Positions 8,052-9,772 of a stretch of DNA of 9,772 nt are shown here, piece by piece (position 1 is the first letter of the stretch; the number at the start of each line of letters is the position of its first letter). A program made the translations under genes and the position numbers. A model generated the notes under the pieces. That model was not told the origin of the DNA. It saw nothing but the letters and a program-made list of their open reading frames with translations, and did not search any database. Source of the stretch: Amoebidium appalachense (Eukaryota > Protista > Ichthyosporea); NCBI GenBank assembly GCA_963693365.1, contig CAVNZM010000093.1, positions 1 to 9,772 of the forward strand, in the 5' to 3' direction.

Positions 8052-8336
8052 ACGCACACGCACACACATCACAGAAAGAGAGACTCTGAGAGAGGGAGAG
8101 AGGGAGATAGGGACATAGGGAGACTAAAACTATTACATCGGATAAATTTTATTTTACATTTGGTCACACACACACAGGTGTCACGGTGAAACCGTCTCTC
8201 CATGCTGGTTTTGATTATGGAATAGTGTACATGAAGGAGCATTGCAAAAAATTTGAGGCTACCAGGGGTTCCATAAAACTCGTCCGTAAGGTTTTAATTA
8301 TGAGTTTGATCAAACATGTACACGTTTTTATTACAT
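7690..8336. repeat. 172-bp direct repeat (7690-7861 and 8165-8336)
   Basis: Offset 475, one substitution (ccata vs ccgta). The second copy ends exactly at the Ngaro B2 terminus. Confidence 0.93.
7892..7993 (+). CDS. Possible next exon (G)QVHPQGGTTPSPNTEESPRPQPQQHELSTQANK
   Basis: ttttcccccccttgcag-type pyrimidine acceptor ending 7891; phase 1 matches the donor at 7596. The 3' boundary is uncertain (weak GTAGCC at 7994). Confidence 0.38.
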
Positions 8337-8424
8337 CTATGAAAACTACTCCGGGACGTGTGTTGCCTCTAGGGGGACATCCCCTTGGACGAAAGTGAAC
8401 CTGCAATGGTTGTAAACCACGGCA
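8336..8424 (-). repeat. Split direct repeat B2 (89 bp), element 3' end
   Basis: Identical to 8895-8983. Confidence 0.95.
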
Positions 8425-8895
8425 AGCCCCCAGTCATCAATTTATTGATCCGTGAGGTCCTTGTGCCCAAAAAACGGGGGAAGTGTTCGCCCCGTGAAAA
8501 AACAGCACGTATGTGGGGATCAATGGGGGTTGAGTGTAGGGTGTAGGTGGGTGGGTGAAAAAGAAAAATATAGCTGTAAAGCTGTAGGTGCTAAACACAG
8601 AAGATGTGTTTGTTGCTTGCTGATCTGCTAAAAACTGTCGTGCTTATATACCTAAGGCTACCGATCTGAGCCAACCAAAATCGATCTAGTGTTATGTGAA
8701 ATCTGATCCTGAGCCAATCAAACTCGGTCTAGTGATCTGTGGAATCTGATGTTTTGATCGGCTAATAGGTGCCCGTATGCGGGCAGCCGAACGCGAACTG
8801 CTAAAACATGAAACGAAGTCTGTTGATATCGGACACCCATCCTACGTGTTTACCCAGAAAAATATTTATGTCAATAATTTCCACAAATAAAACCT
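8425..8895 (-). repeat. Split direct repeat A2 (8556-8895 shared with A1; 8425-8555 inferred to be the part deleted from A1)
   Basis: Direct comparison for 8556-8895. The extension to 8425 is inferred from the expected A2-B2 adjacency. Confidence 0.8.
8441..8446 (-). terminator. Candidate AATAAA polyadenylation signal of the Ngaro transcript
   Basis: tttatt on the plus strand, 16 nt before B2 in element orientation, which would place cleavage near the start of B2. Confidence 0.5.
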
Positions 8896-8983
8896 CTATG
8901 AAAACTACTCCGGGACGTGTGTTGCCTCTAGGGGGACATCCCCTTGGACGAAAGTGAACCTGCAATGGTTGTAAACCACGGCA
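8895..8983 (-). repeat. Split direct repeat B1 (89 bp)
   Basis: Identical to 8336-8424 (offset 559); begins 28 nt after the YR stop codon. Confidence 0.95.
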
Positions 8984-9011
8984 CGAGAGCAGTATGCTTG
9001 CTCCAAAGGTT

Positions 9012-9434
9012 TCACTTAAGAATAGAGGCGAATACACGTGTGGTAGTGGCAGCAATGGAGGCCGGACGAAGGCGGGTATAAATCAGGAAACAGTCGGAGG
9101 ACCACCTGCCGAGTTGTTTGATCCGGGAGTCGTCGACCCCGGCCTCAGCCAGTGCTGTGGCCCCCCCTATGCGGAGGCTGTGGCCGGCAAACCGGGAGGG
9201 TGAGAGGCCTGCCCGGGAGAGGAGGGCACGGAAGTCGGCAGAGAAAGCACCCTTGGTGTAGGGAATGCCACCGAGACTGAACAGGGGGTCGTCGGGTTGA
9301 CCGGACGTTGTATCCAGGAATTGCCGGAGGAGATGGGCTGGGGAGAAGTGGGTGAGGGGCAGGGCAGCTAGAGTGACGTTGACACCTCGGGCCTGTACAT
9401 CCGTCTTGGAGGTTGGCAGGTGGAGGGTGGCATG
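9012..9434 (-). pseudogene. 5'-truncated tyrosine recombinase (DIRS/Ngaro type), C-terminal 140 aa
   Basis: HATLHLPTSKTDVQARGVNVTL...DDPLF...RFAGHSLRIGGATALAEAGVDDSRIKQLGRWSSDCFLIYTR...ILK*. Contains SKTD (catalytic K), HxxR, GRW and the nucleophile Y. It has no Met, an in-frame TAG upstream at 9470-9468, and lacks the first catalytic Arg box. Confidence 0.93.
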
Positions 9435-9772
9435 AAAAAGAAAAATATAGCTGTAAAGCTGTAGGTGCTAAACACAGAAGATGTGTTTGTTGCTTGCTGA
9501 TCTGCTAAAAACTGTCGTGCTTATATACCTAAGGCTACCGATCTGAGCCAATCAAAATCGATCTAGTGTTATGTGAAATCTGATCCTGAGCCAATCAAAC
9601 TCGGTCTAGTGATCTGTGGAATCTGATGTTTTGATCGGCTAATAGGTGCCCGTATGCGGGCAGCCGAACGCGAACTGCTAAAACATGAAACGAAGTCTGT
9701 TGATATCGGACACCCATCCTACGTGTTTACCCAGAAAAATATTTATGTCAATAATTTCCACAAATAAAACCT
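9433..9772 (-). repeat. Split direct repeat A1 (340 bp retained)
   Basis: Matches 8556-8895 at offset 877 with one difference (T9552 vs C8675). Confidence 0.95.
9520..9597 (-). promoter_or_regulatory. Candidate Pol II promoter in repeat A1: TATATAAG plus two CCAAT boxes
   Basis: TATATAAG on the minus strand at 9527-9520. GAGCCAATCA occurs twice (CCAAT at 9548 and 9591, 43 bp apart) within a 2-unit 42/43-bp internal tandem. The copy in A2 is at 8643-8720. Confidence 0.62.

Larger units (their letters stand above)
827..8065. repeat. About 13 poly-C tracts, often followed by (CA)n, and one poly-G tract (5874-5942)
   Basis: C-runs near 827, 1731, 3200, 3301, 3634, 3788, 3934, 4460, 4628, 5488, 6859, 7604 and 7998. 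Confidence 0.95.
8336..9772 (-). mobile_element. Internally deleted (non-autonomous) Ngaro-type tyrosine-recombinase retrotransposon with split direct repeats A1-YR remnant-B1-A2-B2
   Basis: Reading the minus strand: A1 9772-9433, YR 3' part 9434-9012, B1 8983-8895, A2 8895-8425 (8895-8556 matches A1), B2 8424-8336. A1-ORFs-B1-A2-B2 is the established Ngaro/PAT architecture. No gag or RT/RNase H is present. Confidence 0.88.

Noticed and set aside
7704-8336. LTR pair starting TGTCACG
   Set aside because: Both copies share upstream flank ((CA)n-AGG), and I see no PBS, PPT or TSD; a local duplication fits better.
8746-8814. Hammerhead ribozyme or Penelope-type repeat (CTGATG...nested stems...GAAAC)
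   Set aside because: The core reads CUGAUGU, not CUGANGA, I find no convincing stems I and III, and it is antisense to the element. The repeat layout is fully explained by Ngaro split direct repeats. The nested stems (ATGTTTT/AAAACAT, TCGGCT/AGCCGA, GCCCG/CGGGC) are real but unexplained.
8994-9203. Plus-strand 69-aa ORF, and minus ORFs 904..1200, 2541..2942, 3245..3547 and 4863..5312
   Set aside because: These are antisense shadows of real coding segments on the other strand.

Overview
Eukaryotic, intron-rich, repeat-laden DNA with GT-AG introns, CTAAC branch points, long poly-C runs and (CA)n. Most of the ORF track is noise from simple repeats. Four things are supported. (1) A minus-strand exon at 488-701 encodes the C-terminal catalytic region of a CMC/CACTA-superfamily, Plavaka-like DDE transposase (K-x-H-x3-HY-x4-RLFG...ERxH...K-x2-YR-x-TN...Q). 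(2) A plus-strand gene of at least 6 phase-consistent exons (1034-5466, about 565 aa, 5' end unresolved) has unknown function; its core resembles DUF6532-type proteins by eye. (3) There is a weaker two-exon Pro-rich gene fragment at 7297-7993. (4) A 1.44-kb internally deleted Ngaro-type tyrosine-recombinase retrotransposon lies on the minus strand (8336-9772) with split direct repeats A1-[YR remnant]-B1-A2-B2, a CCAAT/TATA promoter and an AATAAA signal. Its recombinase remnant has no start codon and is absent from the ORF track. Interspersed are a dispersed family of CpG-rich palindromic repeat blocks, several recent local duplications (one duplicates a splice acceptor), three related hairpins with a compensatory change, and CpG-biased differences between repeat copies. 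All protein family calls are by-eye motif recognition, not database searches.
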